Assembly: GCA_964036045.1 (NCBI GenBank)
Contig: OZ038378.1
Location: forward strand, 9,238,001-9,302,000
Length of the DNA: 64,000 bases
Reading direction: 5' to 3'
From: Eutreptiella sp. 'Long Island Sound 2002'
Lineage: Eukaryota > Protista > Euglenida
Part shown: positions 50,673-64,000 of the stretch, one piece after another
How the letters are laid out: every line of letters begins with the position of its first letter
Numbering within the stretch: the stretch's first letter is position 1
The notes under the pieces: generated by a model
What the model was told of the DNA's origin: nothing
Database searches by the model: none
Seen by the model: the letters and a program-made list of their open reading frames with translations, nothing else
Made by a program: the position numbers and the translations under genes

Positions 50673-53136
50673 TAAAAGGTCACCAGTGGGGCACGGGTCA
50701 AAAAAGATGCCCGGCGTGCGCCCGGCGCACTAACGCTCCCCCTCAGTGGTAGTGGAAACAAAGTACCGTGTGAGAACTAGACAAACGAAGAGCACACACA
50801 GGTGCAGGCAAGCAGGTTAATTCCAAACCCAGGGCCTTAACGTTTGTGTCACAGATGCCGATGTGCCAATTGAGCAATCAATCAAATATCAGCATGTGGT
50901 CGGACAAACGGACTACAACCGGAGTGCACCCCTCATGCTGGGTGTTGGCGCTGATGTATGTTGCTGAGCAGGGGTATGCGCAGATTGGTGATGATTTGCA
51001 GCAAAGGACATGACACAGTCTCCAGCAATAAGGGGACAGAAGAGTATGGAAAGCGAAGAGGGCTCTTTGCACAGAAAAATGCCCCTGGTACGCGAAACGG
51101 AAATGGTTCTGCAGGAAAGAAAAACAAGCAGGCGGACGTGTGTGGGCATCGGGGTTGAGCCATCCAGGCATGAATGCTTCAGTAAGGACAAGCCAGTCAC
51201 GTATGGCACAACTTTTGGTTTAATGTACAAAATTCTGGGGGGGGGGGGAGTTGATCAACAGAGAGCTACTGATTTAATTAGGCTGGTTACTTGCAGGTGT
51301 ATGTGAAAGCTTTGGTGGGCCCCCGGTTTTTTCCACAATGACAGAGAGCTACTGGATTGCAACCACTCAAATGCATGAAAATGCAAAAAAAAACAAAACG
51401 AGTGGGCAGGAAGGACAGTACACATTGGACGACGAGACAGCGCAGTGCCAAAGTGAGAAACAGCATGCCTTCAGCCAGAATAAGGGCAGCCGAGCCACGC
51501 ACACAAGAAACTAACACTGATGCAGCCACTACACACCCAAATATCACCCTGGCTGTAGCATCTGGCTATGCTCTGCGTGTGCATTTTCGAGACTGCCTAT
51601 GAGAACTTATAATCTAAAAGGGGCTGTGGCCCCATTATCTTATACAGGCCATATAGGGATTGCAGATATCGATGCCAACTGCTCACAAACAGCTCTACAA
51701 TTTGCTGCAAGGTCCTGCAAGGTTCGTTTGTTCAATGCACTCACTTTTCCCACTGACAGCCCCTAAAATTCCTGCAGGTGCACAGCGAATGTTGTCAGGG
51801 CTCAATTCTGTGTTGGCCATTTCAGGGCATGTTCAGGTGCATGTAGGGGGGAACTGTGTGCCTGCACATACATGCGTGACCCTGAGTGTATGTGAAGCCC
51901 TGTAAAGCCCATGTGAGGCCCAAAAAAAATGTCAAAATGCCCCTCAGTGTTTGCTCAGGTACAGCTCTGTCCGAACTGGTAGGAATGTCTCCTGAATAAC
52001 CCTAAGCTGCCCACCATGTTGCATTTTCGCAACGCAAATCAATGATCTTTTGAACGAACTTGACCCCCCCCCCTTTTTGACTCCTCAGCCATTGCACACA
52101 GACACGCCCTCTTCCCACGGCAGCGAGGCAAGAAGCCATCCAATAGCCACTTTGGAACCAACTCTTGGAGCCATGCGGCGTGGGGGGAAATGAGTGCAGA
52201 CAATCCCCCCGAAAAGCACAGGGCCCTCCTGTGCCTGCAAAGTGAAAGATGCATCATTGCCAAGGTAAGGACTGCTCTCTGTCCACCAATAAGAGAAATC
52301 AGAAAAATTGTTCCACACCGAAGGCACAGAGAAACACCGCAGGAGGAGGCTGAGGGGCAGACGCAGGAGCAGGCTGGGGAGGAGGGGGGCGACTCTCGCT
52401 GTTTAAAACCGAGAGAAGAATGCTGTCCAGATCGCAGTTGCGCTTGGGATCGTGGGTGGGAATGTTGGTGTACATTCAAGGTATTTGTGGCTTCAAATTG
52501 CATTGTCTTGGGCGCATCGTCGCAATCTTAGAGCGCAGTGCCTCCCACAGCCAGCGCACAAGAAGAGCGCAGCCGCCCCACATGCGCCAGGGATGGAGGA
52601 GGCTGGGAGGGTGCGGGGCGACTGGCACAAATGGATAGGCACGGGGGAGCGGCGTACCTGTGCAAGACGGTTTTCTCGGGCCTCGGAACCAACCATCCGG
52701 GTGTTCCCGTGAGGCCCTCGCGGGAAAATTCCCCGGCTCTGCATCAGCAGTGAGCGGTGGCTATCAGGTTTGTCTACAGAGAAAAGATCTACTTCCGCCC
52801 GTGCAAGACTTAGGTATCAAACACCGCAGTTCGGTTCCCTGGCCAAAGGCCAGCGGACCAGTCCACACAGCAACCCCTGTGGAAGTGCAATGGAGGGCCT
52901 GAGGCTCCACCAGTCGGACATCACCGAGTGGAAAAAGCAGGTGGTCCCTGACACGGTGCACCGCTGTTTAGGAACCAAAACCTAAGGAAAAAAACAGTCT
53001 TGGAGGCAATTTTGTTCGGGGCGGCTGCTACATGTTTGGGCCCTTGCACAGTTACCAGTGCACCCAAGATGCAGACCCAAGGTCACGACATGTGCATTGC
53101 TGATTCAGCAGCTTATGGGGTGGGCGGGCTTTCAAC

Positions 53137-53509
53137 TGGGGGGGGATCGATAGAGCCCCCTGCCTAGCCCCCCCCCCCCCCCCGCCCCCGAAGGGCTCAA
53201 TTGAAGGGCCCCCCAAAATCATACCAAGACTGACCCCCGTGCCCCGGAGGTGGCCCGGACTCGAAATTCGGCAAAAAGGGAAAATACGATTTTTGGAATC
53301 AGTGCGTCCAGGGGGTTCAGAAAAGTCACCATTTGCCATGTATTTGGTGGGGGGGGGGGGGGTTGACCACTTTCAATGGTCAAAAAAATTGTCGGCGTCT
53401 TTGGCGCCAGACTTCATAATCACTGATTAATGGTCCTGTCAATTGAGCCCTTTTCCCAACCACCCCCTCCCCCAAGTTTTGGGGGGCTCTATTGATACCC
53501 CTCCCCCCC
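53137..53509. mobile_element. Putative ~370-bp MITE
   Basis: GGGGGGATCGATAGAGCCCCC...AAGGGCTCAATTGA at the left is mirrored by TCAATTGAGCCCTT...GGGGGCTCTATTGATACCCC at the right. Confidence 0.65.
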
Positions 53510-54418
53510 CGTTGAAAACCCGCCACCCCCTGTCTTTGACCTCGTGGCTTGTTGAAGACAAGACAAGCTTGGAACAAACACAATGCAAGCCTCCCTTTGG
53601 TGTGTGTACTGCCGACAGCTGAAGAGTTGGATCACAAAGTTCCAATGAAGTACGTGCGGCACCGGCCAAAAGTTTGCAGGGCGATGAAAACGTTGGTTGG
53701 CCTGGCCAAACGGAGGTGGATGAGGGTTGGGGTCCAAGGAAATTGGTAGGATTGGGGTGGAGAAGGGGCTTGGTGGTTGGTGAGGGTTGGGGACGGTTGG
53801 AGAGTAGTGTTGGGGGAGGGGGGGGGGGGTTGGCAGCGGTCAACAAGATTGGCCAGGCAAAGGATGCTTCAGTTGGCGTTGGCTTGTGAGTTGCATGTTG
53901 AAAAACATGGAACGGGGTCATCACATGAAGAAGCCTGCAGAGAAATGGCCCTGCATGTACACGTCCACTGGCCCGCTCCAACCGGCGGATGTGTGCGTCT
54001 GGGCGCACGCGGGTTGGTTTGTCTCAGGGATAATGTTGTGTCCGTTCATCCGCAACGGCCAGGGGCACCCCGGCCTTTCGGGCTCGGGAGGCCCAACCCT
54101 TAATCCACCTGCAACACCCAAGGCCCTGCCACCGTACTTCCGAGAGGCCGCGGGAAACGACTGCGGGATGGTGCGGGGCCGCCACAGTGGCGGGAGGCGG
54201 GGGGCGGTGTTCGTCGACGTCAAGCGCAATGGCCAAAAGAAGAAATGGAAGTTCGAGAGAGGGTCTGGAGGGGGGCTGTAGGGCCCCTCTTCGGTCAGGG
54301 GTCCTTCACTGTCACTGCGTGGCAGTGTGTTGTCCTGCGGTCCTGTAGTGATCGGATGTGGTCTGATGGGCCAGAGAGAAGGGCTGCAAGGGCAGCCACT
54401 ATGCCACGCCTCCAAGGC

Positions 54419-57400
54419 TCACTTGCCCTTCGGGAAAAGCCGATCAGCCCAAGACTTTTGGGACGCCTCGTCGAGGGGCTTGAACGGCGATTGCTGCGGT
54501 TCGCTCTGGTCGACGTCGAAGGCGATGACGCGCGTGCGAGCGGACAGCCACATGCGGTGCTGGGTCAGCACGTCCTGACCGATAAACGCGGCAGGGCCGG
54601 CGAACTTGCCGAACGGGAACACCGACAACATCTGGTCAAACTGTTCGTCGCCAATGGCGACCAGGACGTCCTGTGGGAAGTCGATGCACGGGTCTCCGTC
54701 CAGAATGTCAAGGCCTTCCATGCGCCATGAGTACTTGTTGGGCATGGCCTTCATCACTGTCGAGGGGTTAAATCTGGGCAGAATGTGCCGGAGTGTGCAT
54801 ACGTAAAGACATGGAACAACACACATTGAGGCGGATAAATGAGGGGGCAGATGACGAGACAGGCAGGCCGCTCGGCGGATGCATCGGCATTATGCTTGGA
54901 TGGGTGGGCCGAAGAACGGACGGATGGGTTGGTGGATGGTGCGCAGTCTGGTGCTACGGGCTGGCCCATGTGCAAAGTCACGCGTGTGCTCTACCTGAAT
55001 TTGAAACATGCATCGCAGATTATGTGACGTTGATGGATGAGAACCCGTGATAACTCATAGAAGTTCGTGGGGCCTGGACCACCATCACTGTTTCGCCAGC
55101 ACCCATTGCTCTGCGACGAAAACACAAAGAACGGACGACGTCATGCTGATGGGGGACAGCGCACCTTTTTGGAAGTTCACGGGGCCTGACCCCCAAGCGC
55201 CTATGCTCACTGTGCCTACCCTGTGCTCGTAAATAGCCCTTGCACCATCCAGGTCTCCGCACCACCTGCCCAGACTCGCCCGCAGCTCAGAACCACCCGT
55301 GCCTCACGGTGTTGGTGTGCTCATCCCAGATGCCGTCTCAGGATACATCAAGTGTTGTGAACGTGGTCCCAGTGACAGACAATATGGGCGTTTTCGCGGG
55401 GGCTCGGCGGGTCTGACCCCCGAACTCCGTCCACGAGCAGTCCACCGGGTGGACTTTGAGGAGTTGCGGGGTGAGGGCACCCTCCCCCGCTATTTTGAGG
55501 GTGGCGATTCCATTTTTCAAGGTTTTGGAGCCTGGATTTCCGATTTTGCGGCATTTTTGCCCTGTTTTCACCAACGGTTGGCCAGGCTGCATAGGGTGTC
55601 TCAGCCTTGCGGCCCTTATTCCTCCAACACATTGCCCGTTAGAGGTCAAGTAATTCAGGTGGATTTGTTGCATTTGCTGCTCGTTCGCATCAGGCTACAC
55701 AGGAGGTGTTCGGGGTGGTGATCGGTCAAATTAGCCAACGTATCGTTGAGATGAGGGGAGCCACTTTGCACCAGGCTTCTACACATGAAATGCAACAAAA
55801 TCACCTGAATGACTTGACCTCGAGCGGACAATGTGTTGGGGGAACAGGGACCGCAAGGTCGGAACCAACCCTATGCAGCCTAGCCGGCAGCAGGGCTGGA
55901 CCTTGAGGAGTTTGGAAGTTGGCCTCCCGTACTCAAAAATATGGCCTCGGGACCCCCATTGACCCGGCCTCTTCAAATAGCCCTTTTCTTGGAGATTTCA
56001 AAAAGGCATAGCATACCCCTCCCCTGGATGACAACACTGTTGAGCAATTCGGCCGAAGAGTTGAGACACCCCTTTAGTGCACGGATTAGACCTCCCCCGC
56101 ACACGAAAACGCCGATATATGTTGCTAGTGTCTGTATCCTGATCGCGTAAATACCCCTTTGCGGGGGCGGCATCAACGAACAACATGTTCCAGGTGGTGC
56201 GATCCAAAAGGCCGTCCCTATCAGGACTCTATCTCCGAGGGTGCAGTTGAGGGCAAATGGTCAGGTTCCTACATAAGCAGTGCCCCCACATGCTATTCAC
56301 CTGCTCTGTAGTGCATTCATCTTCGATGGTCCACTCCAGACCCAGCCACTCTCAGGGGTGCCCCGAAATGGCAATACGGTCTTTCTGGCCTTCCTACCCA
56401 AGTAAGACGTCACCCTGCTTTCACTGCTATCACCGCCGCACGCCATTTCGAGGTAATGATACTCAACATGAATTCATGTCTCGCTGAGATTGCTGCATTG
56501 CTTTGCCACGTGCGGCGGGCCACCCACTCCTCGAGTTCATGGATGCATCAAACCGGTGGATGAGAAGGTGTCAGGCAGTGTGGTGGGGTGGCTGCACAGG
56601 AAGACAGATGCACAGGGAGTGGGTGAACCCGCACAGGTTGACCCGCAGGCGCACGAGTGGCAGCTGGCGCGCCACCCCATCCGGTCCCGTGGACTCGACG
56701 TAGGGGCACTTGGCGATACGCGGGTCGGTCTTGCGGATGCCGAAGACGCCAGCAGCGTCCCAATTGATGATCGTGTAGGGGTGCCCAATGGAAAGGATGC
56801 CGATCATGGGCTTGCGCTTGTAGGGCCGCATGCGGAGGCGGGCCCCCGGGTCCGGCGAGGGGGCGGAGTCCTTGTCCCCGGTCAAGAAGTCGATCTCTGC
56901 AATGGTCTTGCCAAGTTTTGTGACCGGGGGTGACGGCTTGGGGGAAGCAGCCGGTCGACGGGCCACAGTGGGCTCCACCTGCACAGGGGCGGGAGTGGCA
57001 TGACATGACGCGACGCTGCGACGGGTCTCCATCTCAACATTTCGGGAACAGCGTACCGAACAACGGCAAAAGCAATGAAAATGACGGAAGCCATTGGCTG
57101 TGCGCAGGCCAAAACACGTGTTGCCATCACTGCTCGTGTCTTCTGAGGGTGTGCGTAGTCAACGCCCCGATCAGAACAACAGGAGGTTCGTGGATCAAGG
57201 AATCAATTGATCTTCAGAGCCTCGTTTGCATGTGCACATTGCGCCACCAGCTTCCGCGCTTTCCGCGGTGCTGGGCCTTTGCCCGAAAAAAAGGAAACTC
57301 TGTTTTGTGGCATGAGATTCGGTACACCGACTGCCGGCGGTCGCCACCAAACGCCCCACCCCCCCTGTCTTGATGTTCTCTGTCTTACAAAAGCAGGGAA

Positions 57401-60400
57401 ACGTTGTCCTTCATGGAATGGAAGCACAGCCCAATGCCCTGGCTGCACGGCACTGCCCCTGCCCAGTGGCACCCACGGTAGTGTGACGCCCTAACGCCCT
57501 GTTCCCCTCCTCACATTATGTTGTACGCTTTTTTTTCATCTCCATTTTGTCTGCATTCGTCGCAGACTGCCGACAACGAGTCCTGCAGCAGCCAGAGGCA
57601 CGGCAGCAGCAGCCCCACCACCACGCGTTGGCATGGGCATTGGAACAGTGAGCAATAAAGGCCTCGGGGTTGCGTCCCTTGGAACTGGCCCACAGAATAC
57701 TCATACCTCCACATCAATGTCAACCTCACCTCAACAACTCTCAACAACGCCCAACAACCCAAAAGGGCACGAAGGAACTTTGACATTGCCAAATACCCTC
57801 CCCAAGCCTCAACAATCTTAATCGCCCTTAATGACCCTCACCAAGCTTTAACAGCCCTCAAAAACTTACATAGAAAGGCCAGCAAAGCCAAATGAAGGAA
57901 AAAAAGAAGCAAAGTGTCCAAACCACAAATACAGTATTTGACTGTGCAACGGCTGTCAGATCAAAAAACGCTGTAGCAACTGACTCCGGACAGCCGTGGG
58001 GGTAGGCTCATGGCCAGACACTTGGACATGCAGACACATGCACAAGCGGGTACTAAGAGTCGGGCAATGGGCGGGATTCCACATATGAATGCAGGCGCAC
58101 ACGGGTACTGAAAGATAGATCCGCGGATATAGAGGGCACTGGAGGGGTGCTAGGGCGTAAAAATGCCGACGATGATAGCCACGTGTCCCCCTTTCATTTC
58201 GTCTGCATAAAACTGTTGGGGGTGCCCAACACCATGATCTGAGCACCAACGTCATGCCCAGCCCCTTGATGTGCTGTGGCCCTATGCACCTGTGTCAGGC
58301 TGGGCACAAGTGGGGACGGGGCGCCCTTTTTGGCATCCACTTCCATATCTGGGGGCATGCTGTCCAGAATATTGTTGATCAAGGAGTCTAGTTTCTTGAG
58401 GCTTGAGTCCGTCCGGTCCTCGTATCCGTCCCCCAGAGCAGCCCCCTCCCGGGGCTTGTCCTCAGGTTTGGGCGCCGGAGTCGCGGCAGGGGCGAACGGA
58501 ACTCCCTCAGCGGCAGCGGCAGCTGGGGCGTCAGCGGCAGCAGCTGCTGGGGAGACAGCGGCGGCAGGGGGAGCGTACTGCACATTGATGGCATCGGGCA
58601 CCATACTGGAGTCTGGGACCCAGTCATCGGGCACAGAGAAGAAAGCTTTGATGCCGAACAAACTCCCTGGCAGCGTGAGCCCCTGCAGACGGCAGCGGGA
58701 AGGATCAGGCTGATGGCGTCAGCATCGCAAAACTGACAACAGATTGTCCAAGGCACAATGTGACAGGACAAAGTCGTGCCTGAGGCACAGTGCGACTGGA
58801 CAAAGCAGTGCATGAGGCCCCTGGTCCGATTGTGACAGGACAAACCGATGCCCGAGGCACGATGTCAGATGGCACCGCAGTGCTTGAGGCACCGTGCGAC
58901 TGGGCAGTGCAGTGCCTGAGGCACAGTGTGATTGGGCAACTCAGTGCCTGAGGCAGAGTGTGCTGGGCCAACGCAATGCACTTCATGGTGTGAGTTCCGC
59001 CCAGACACGTCGGTGCAGGTTCCCCCCAAAGTGAGGGCCCACGTCCAGGGATCTGGTGTTGTTCCCTTCCAGGCCCAGTATGGCCGGTGATCCCGCAAGT
59101 GTTCTGACCCTGCTGCCCCATGCTGGTGTCCCTGCGTAATATGCCCCCCCCCCCCGCCAACACACACACACACCACGCACAGAGAGAGATTGGATGTCCT
59201 TCAGCAGCACAGACCCCCCCCTCCCCCTGTTCAAGCCACCCCTGGCGTGGGTGCTGCAACGCTCCGGGCTCAGTGACACTGTGCGGCACGCACTGCTTTG
59301 ATGCCTCCTGAAGCACAGCCAATCACCTGCATCAGCCGCGCTCGGGTTTCTGCACGGAAATCCTTCAGCCCATCTCGAGACGGCCACAGCCGCAGGACCC
59401 CGGCCTTCTGATCGAAATCCATGTCGAACTGCTGCAGGAAGTCCATCCCGAGCATCCCTGCGATGGGCACCCCGAGGCGCTCCCCAATCCGCGCCTGGTA
59501 GAAGTCTACCTCGGCCATCACCGTCGACAGCACGGGAACAGTAGCGTTGAGGTTGATGCCGCGCACGACGATCAGGTCGTCCCGCAGCTTCTCCCGGTCG
59601 AACATGTCCGAGTTTTTCATCTCCTTGAAATTGGCCTCCTACATGAAGCATCCGGAGAGCGGCATGCACGGTACACAGGGAGACAGGGCATTTGGTACAT
59701 AGGGCAGGATGTGCAGCAGTCTTTCACAGACCACTTGTACTGCGCAGTGTGCCAAGTGTCGACCACTGCCGGCCAATGCTCGCCTTCAGTGGTTGGGTCC
59801 TTATTCAATCACCGTCTGCAAACTTCCATTGACGCCAGTGACTGCCAACCGTTTACTGCCAGTTGCAGCAGATAAAGGTCGCACTGTGTGTGCAGTGCAC
59901 AGACCTTTCGAATGAAATAGAGTCACAGTCTTAGCGTATGAGCCCTCCATTGGACGCATGCCACAGCCCCCCCCCCCCCCCGCCTCAAGGAATACAAAAT
60001 GATGCATACAAAAGTGCACGGCAAGGCAGGGAATATTTTCAGTGAAACCCTGATGGACGCCAGCAATGAGATGTTCATCCCCGCCCACCGCCACACATAC
60101 ACACACACTGTAATTCCACCCCAGCCCGGCAGTATGCTGCCATGGTGAGTGAGCAGTGGATCTAACAGTGCGCTCTGATCCTCGGCACGTCAAGCGAGGG
60201 GATTTTTGGCATAAGTGCACCCATTCTGAGATGGCAAGCCGTTGCTCAGATGCCGCATAGTGCATAGCTGATGCTATATGACATTGCCGTTGGCAGCAGC
60301 AGTGGTGATGTGATGACTGCATGAATCCCGGTTACTGAAGCCGATGAAATCTTTGGCACCTCCATCCATGACAGTAGTGGTGTCGTGACCATTCCTGGCA

Positions 60401-60625
60401 GCAGTGGTGATGACTGGAAATGCTCGTCGTGCTGGTCCGAGTGAACCTTTGATAACACTATTTCTAGCAGCAATGATGACTGCATCAATGGTTGTGCTGG
60501 TTTCAATGAAACAGGCAGGGCCAGCAGTAGCCAACGCCACATCTCCCTCCCCGCTCCCTGATACACACTGCAACCCCCCCCCCCCCTCCACACACGCACA
60601 TGCTGCAAGCCCCCAACACACACAG

Positions 60626-60660
<35 letters not shown>

Positions 60661-61318
60661 TAAACAATCGAGATTCCTTTGGTGTGCTGCTTGCACACCA
60701 AGAGGGAGTGGTTTGCAGTGGTATGCCTCTGGTATGCCGGTATGCATGTGGATTGGGCATGAGACACCTTTTAATGTGTGCAGAACCGTTGGTGTGTGGG
60801 GTAACTTATGCATATTATGCTGTGATGGTGTGGTTGTGCCTCAACCCCCCACACAGACCCCCACACATTGTACCCCCACACCCACTCTGCAGACCCCTCC
60901 TCCCCAAACACACCCTCTGTAACCTCAGCCCCCTCCCCCAAACACACACATTTACTGTACACACACACACACGGGCACGCACACATGCAACATACACGAC
61001 GCACGCTGCACACCAACCCCAAAAGAACACACACATACTGCATTTCCCCCACCCACACACTCTCTGTGTAACCCCGGCCCCACATACTTACTGTGCCTCA
61101 CCAGCAAATGCACATGCAGAAACCCCCATAAACAGAAACTGTAACCTCACACACCCCCACACTCCCACAGATGCACAACCAATGGATGCACTTTTTGAAA
61201 TTCCGAGTACACACCCAGGACCTGCCACAAAAGACAGGAGTGGGGCAGCAGCAGAGACAGATTGGTGTACACAGAGTCTCCAGCAGGCTGTGTTCGACAG
61301 ATTTGTCCACCAGCTGTA

Positions 61319-61356
<38 letters not shown>

Positions 61357-63958
61357 TGTGAAGCCCTTGATTCCGCTTGCAAAGGAGAAAATTGTGAAAT
61401 CACGAGTTCACAGGTTGTACATGTGCATTCTCGTCAGTAACACATGCCGCCACAAACAAACAGTCAGGGAGGCATGTGGCGTAGGTGCTGTGGGGAGAGG
61501 CGGGGAATGGCTCGTGACCAAGAGGGGGGGCACTTTTCATAACAGCCCCGCACCCCAGGGCGTTGCTTGAGCGGAGGGGGGAGGGGGGGAGGGGGTCCAG
61601 GGGAGGGAGGGAGGGGGTCCAGGGGGGAGCCCCCCCCCCCCCCGGCCGAAATGAACCATATCCACCAGGAATTGCAAAAATGCACCACACTGACGCATTC
61701 ACCATTTGTCATAATGTCTGAAGACAGGTAATCAACTTATCTTTCTGGGTTCATACATTGTGCCCTCACCTAAACACCACCAGGCAAGACAAACAGGAAA
61801 CACGGAGGAATGCTCATTGTTATCAAATTGTTTGCTGAAGATCAATCAGAGTAAAAATCAAAGTAGAATGATCTATATTGGAAGCGAAAATAGAGGGTCA
61901 CGTTTACAGCGTCGTCGTGTTTTGCGTGGGGACACGGCTGTACCGGGGTGCTAAAGAACGTACTTATGGGACGTTGGGACATGGTGTCTGCAACAGGGGG
62001 AAGAAGTGATATGAGTGGAGTGACCAAAGAACCCTACCATAGGTGCGCCGAAGGCACGGGAGGAAAAAATTGGCCCAAACGAAAAAAGGTTCCCAGAACC
62101 CTGATTCTCAGGTGAATTAGAGCGGAGGGGGGAGGGGGGGAGAGGGTCTAGGGGAGGGAGGGAGGGGGTCCAGGGGGGAGGCCCCCCCCCCCTGCCGGAA
62201 TGAAAATTAAAGCAACGCCCTGCCCCCACCCCCAAACACACACACGGCAACACACAAACACAAACACAAACACACACACACACACACACACACATGCACG
62301 CACGCAGGGAGGCACACACGACCACCCCCCTGATCACATAATGCCCCGCAGCCCTCTTGCCTAGGGCGGGCAGAAAATTGTTTTGAGAGGGGGCGGGGCA
62401 CGAAAACCCATTTCCCTAACTCCCCCACCCCCCCACCATGGGCTCCCATGTCTCCAAATGCGGGGCCTGCTATGGTGAGGGGCTGCTCGTTTCAGCAAAC
62501 AATTCCGTGAGAAAGAAGGAGTTTGATGATTGAATACATGAACATTCTCTGCCTATTTTTTTCCTGCAAATCACTCAGAGACAAAAATACCCCTTTGATG
62601 GTCAATGGGGATGGCAATGCACTGAAAGGTACCATTGCCCACTACGCCCCTACAGTGTGGTAGTGCGCTGAAGGATACCACTGCCCACTGCACCCCTGCA
62701 GTGGCAATCTGCAGATGGACGCCACTGCTTACAGCCCTACCCCTGAATGTGGCAGTCTGTTGAAGGATACCCCTCCCTTTGCGCACATGCAGTGTGGCCG
62801 TGTGCTCTAAAATATCACTGCCCACTGCACCCCTGAGGTGTAGCAGTGTGTAGAGGTATGAGATCCCTGCCATTGTCGTGTTTCTTTGCAAGTGGATTAA
62901 ACACCTTTGTTTCTGACAAGAGTACAAGCTACAAATTCTGGAAACAGGTCAACTTGGAAGCTTCATTCATGCCCTCCTTGCCCTATGAAATGACGGTGTG
63001 TCAAGACTATTAATTAAAACCAGTCCCACCAGACCCACCACCCTGTGTGGTTACAGACAGCTGTTGACGTCATGTAGTGCGTTTGAAGGAACCACACCAG
63101 GGGTGTTGGGTGGACATCACCCCTCTATATCAGGGAATGTTTGGTTTTGGTGAATGTTTAGTGACCTGTTAGCCTTTTCTGCATGGGTACCTGCAATTCA
63201 CATGCGTGCAATAGTAGATTAGCAGATGACAGCTTGCGTGAAAGTTGGCTGGAAATGTACCTGGGGGGACATCCACTACCAGTGGACCAACCACTAGTGC
63301 AGAAGGCACTGTTACCGAAAGGGAAACGAATGTATGCATGAGCGCGCACCCACACACTATGGCAAAGACACTGACATGGTTTGTTCCAGTCTCAGACAAA
63401 ATCCAAACTTCTCACACGCGCACACACACACACACCAGCAGACACAAAGTGCGAAAGGTGCCGGAGCTGCCTGTTTGTGAACCATCCCCTCCAAAACAGA
63501 ATGCCATGGCACACTGTTCCGCCGCGTTTCAGCGTTTCAGCAAATCCCAGCGTCCGAAAGGGTGGGGCCTGTAATCCTTTGTGATACACGCCACCATACC
63601 TTCAGCGGCTGCAGTCCCAGCTCCTTCACAGCAGCGGGGGTGATCACACTTCCCGTGAGGGTGCTGTCCAGGATGAAATTCAGGGGCTTACTGTCCCCAA
63701 TGCAAATGGGGATGATCTCATAGTCCCCCCCAATGAACTCCTCTCGATCCAAATGCAATGACGTCATGGGCACACTGTATGGCCATTTGATGGGCCCCTC
63801 CTGCAAGGCCGACGCCAGATCCTTCAGTCCCGACATCATCTTCTGGAATGGGTTCTTCGGCTCCGGCGCGGGGGGCGGCCCCCCTGCAGCACGCAGTGGC
63901 CTTGCCCTGGGCGGCTGCTGGGGGGCGTGCACCTGCTGCCCCCAAGGCCCGGGAGTCA
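54419..63958 (-). CDS. Tandem retropepsin-like (aspartyl protease fold) protein, probably plastid-type; exons 63600-63958, 59327-59638, 58290-58682, 56629-56978, 54419-54773; 5' end outside the window
   Basis: All four introns are GT-AG with matching phases (0, 0, 0, 2); the fourth donor is weaker. Domain 1: LNFILDSTLTGSVITPAAVKELGL ... GMLGMDFLQQFDMDFD. Ala/Pro-rich linker. Domain 2: IGILSIGHPYTIINWDAAGVFGI ... FIGQDVL. TGA stop at 54419. Confidence 0.85.
55335..56150. mobile_element. Foldback-like element with two nested pairs of inverted repeats, in the protease intron
   Basis: Inner arms about 55575-55678 and 55788-55890 (GGCTGCATAGGG...CCAACACATTG...GAGGTCAAG..ATTCAGG...TTGTTGCATTT and its inverse). 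Outer arms TCAGGATACA...GGCGTTTTCG and CGAAAACGCC...TGTATCCTGA. Confidence 0.65.
58750..58975. repeat. Intronic minisatellite, 32-bp unit, about 7 copies
   Basis: GAGGCACAGTG.GA.TGGGCA...CAGTGCCT; anchors at 58782, 58814, 58854, 58886, 58918 and 58950. Confidence 0.85.
60620..62295. repeat. (CA)n microsatellites at about 60620-60660, 61320-61351 and 62262-62293
   Basis: Direct reading of CA runs. Confidence 0.9.
61568..62205. repeat. Two copies (about 61568-61655 and 62118-62205) of a G-run-rich dispersed repeat with G-quadruplex potential
   Basis: GAGCGGAGGGGGGGAGGGGGG...GGGGGTCCAGGGGGGAG-C(n)-GCCG(A/G)AATGAA in both copies. Confidence 0.8.
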
Positions 63959-64000
63959 CTGAGAACGTGGAGGGCGTCAGGCGGGAGGTCAGGCGGGGTG

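Noticed and set aside
51030-51100. RGLFAQK resembling the start of a SET domain
   Set aside because: Only a short motif; the frame stops before any other SET motif.
58705-63400. Numerous ORFs in the protease introns
   Set aside because: Arise from CA microsatellites, poly-G/C tracts and the 32-bp minisatellite.
1-64000. rRNA, spliced-leader RNA or snRNA genes
   Set aside because: No recognisable conserved motifs found by eye; an Infernal/Rfam scan would be needed to exclude them.

Overview
Eukaryotic, intron-rich, repeat-dense genomic DNA with canonical GT-AG introns and many poly-G/C tracts. My impression is a photosynthetic euglenid-like protist, which the sequence alone cannot prove. Four spliced protein genes can be reconstructed by hand: (1) the middle of an unidentified helical protein at the left edge (minus strand); (2) the last two exons of a UBX-domain protein (minus; the last exon is absent from the ORF track); (3) a NACHT/STAND NTPase with an unusual insertion in its helical region (plus); (4) a five-exon tandem retropepsin-like protein whose two catalytic motifs both look degenerate (minus, runs off the right edge). 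The rest is mostly a transposon graveyard. The most notable items are a frameshifted Crypton-like tyrosine recombinase ending in a PHD finger, four copies of a GGGGG...CCCCC element with conserved ends but different interiors, a tRNA-derived SINE-like head containing TTAGGG, a degenerate 84-nt LRR array, and several MITE, foldback and minisatellite elements. No rRNA, intact tRNA or CRISPR array is supported. All family assignments come from motif recognition by eye, not from database searches.
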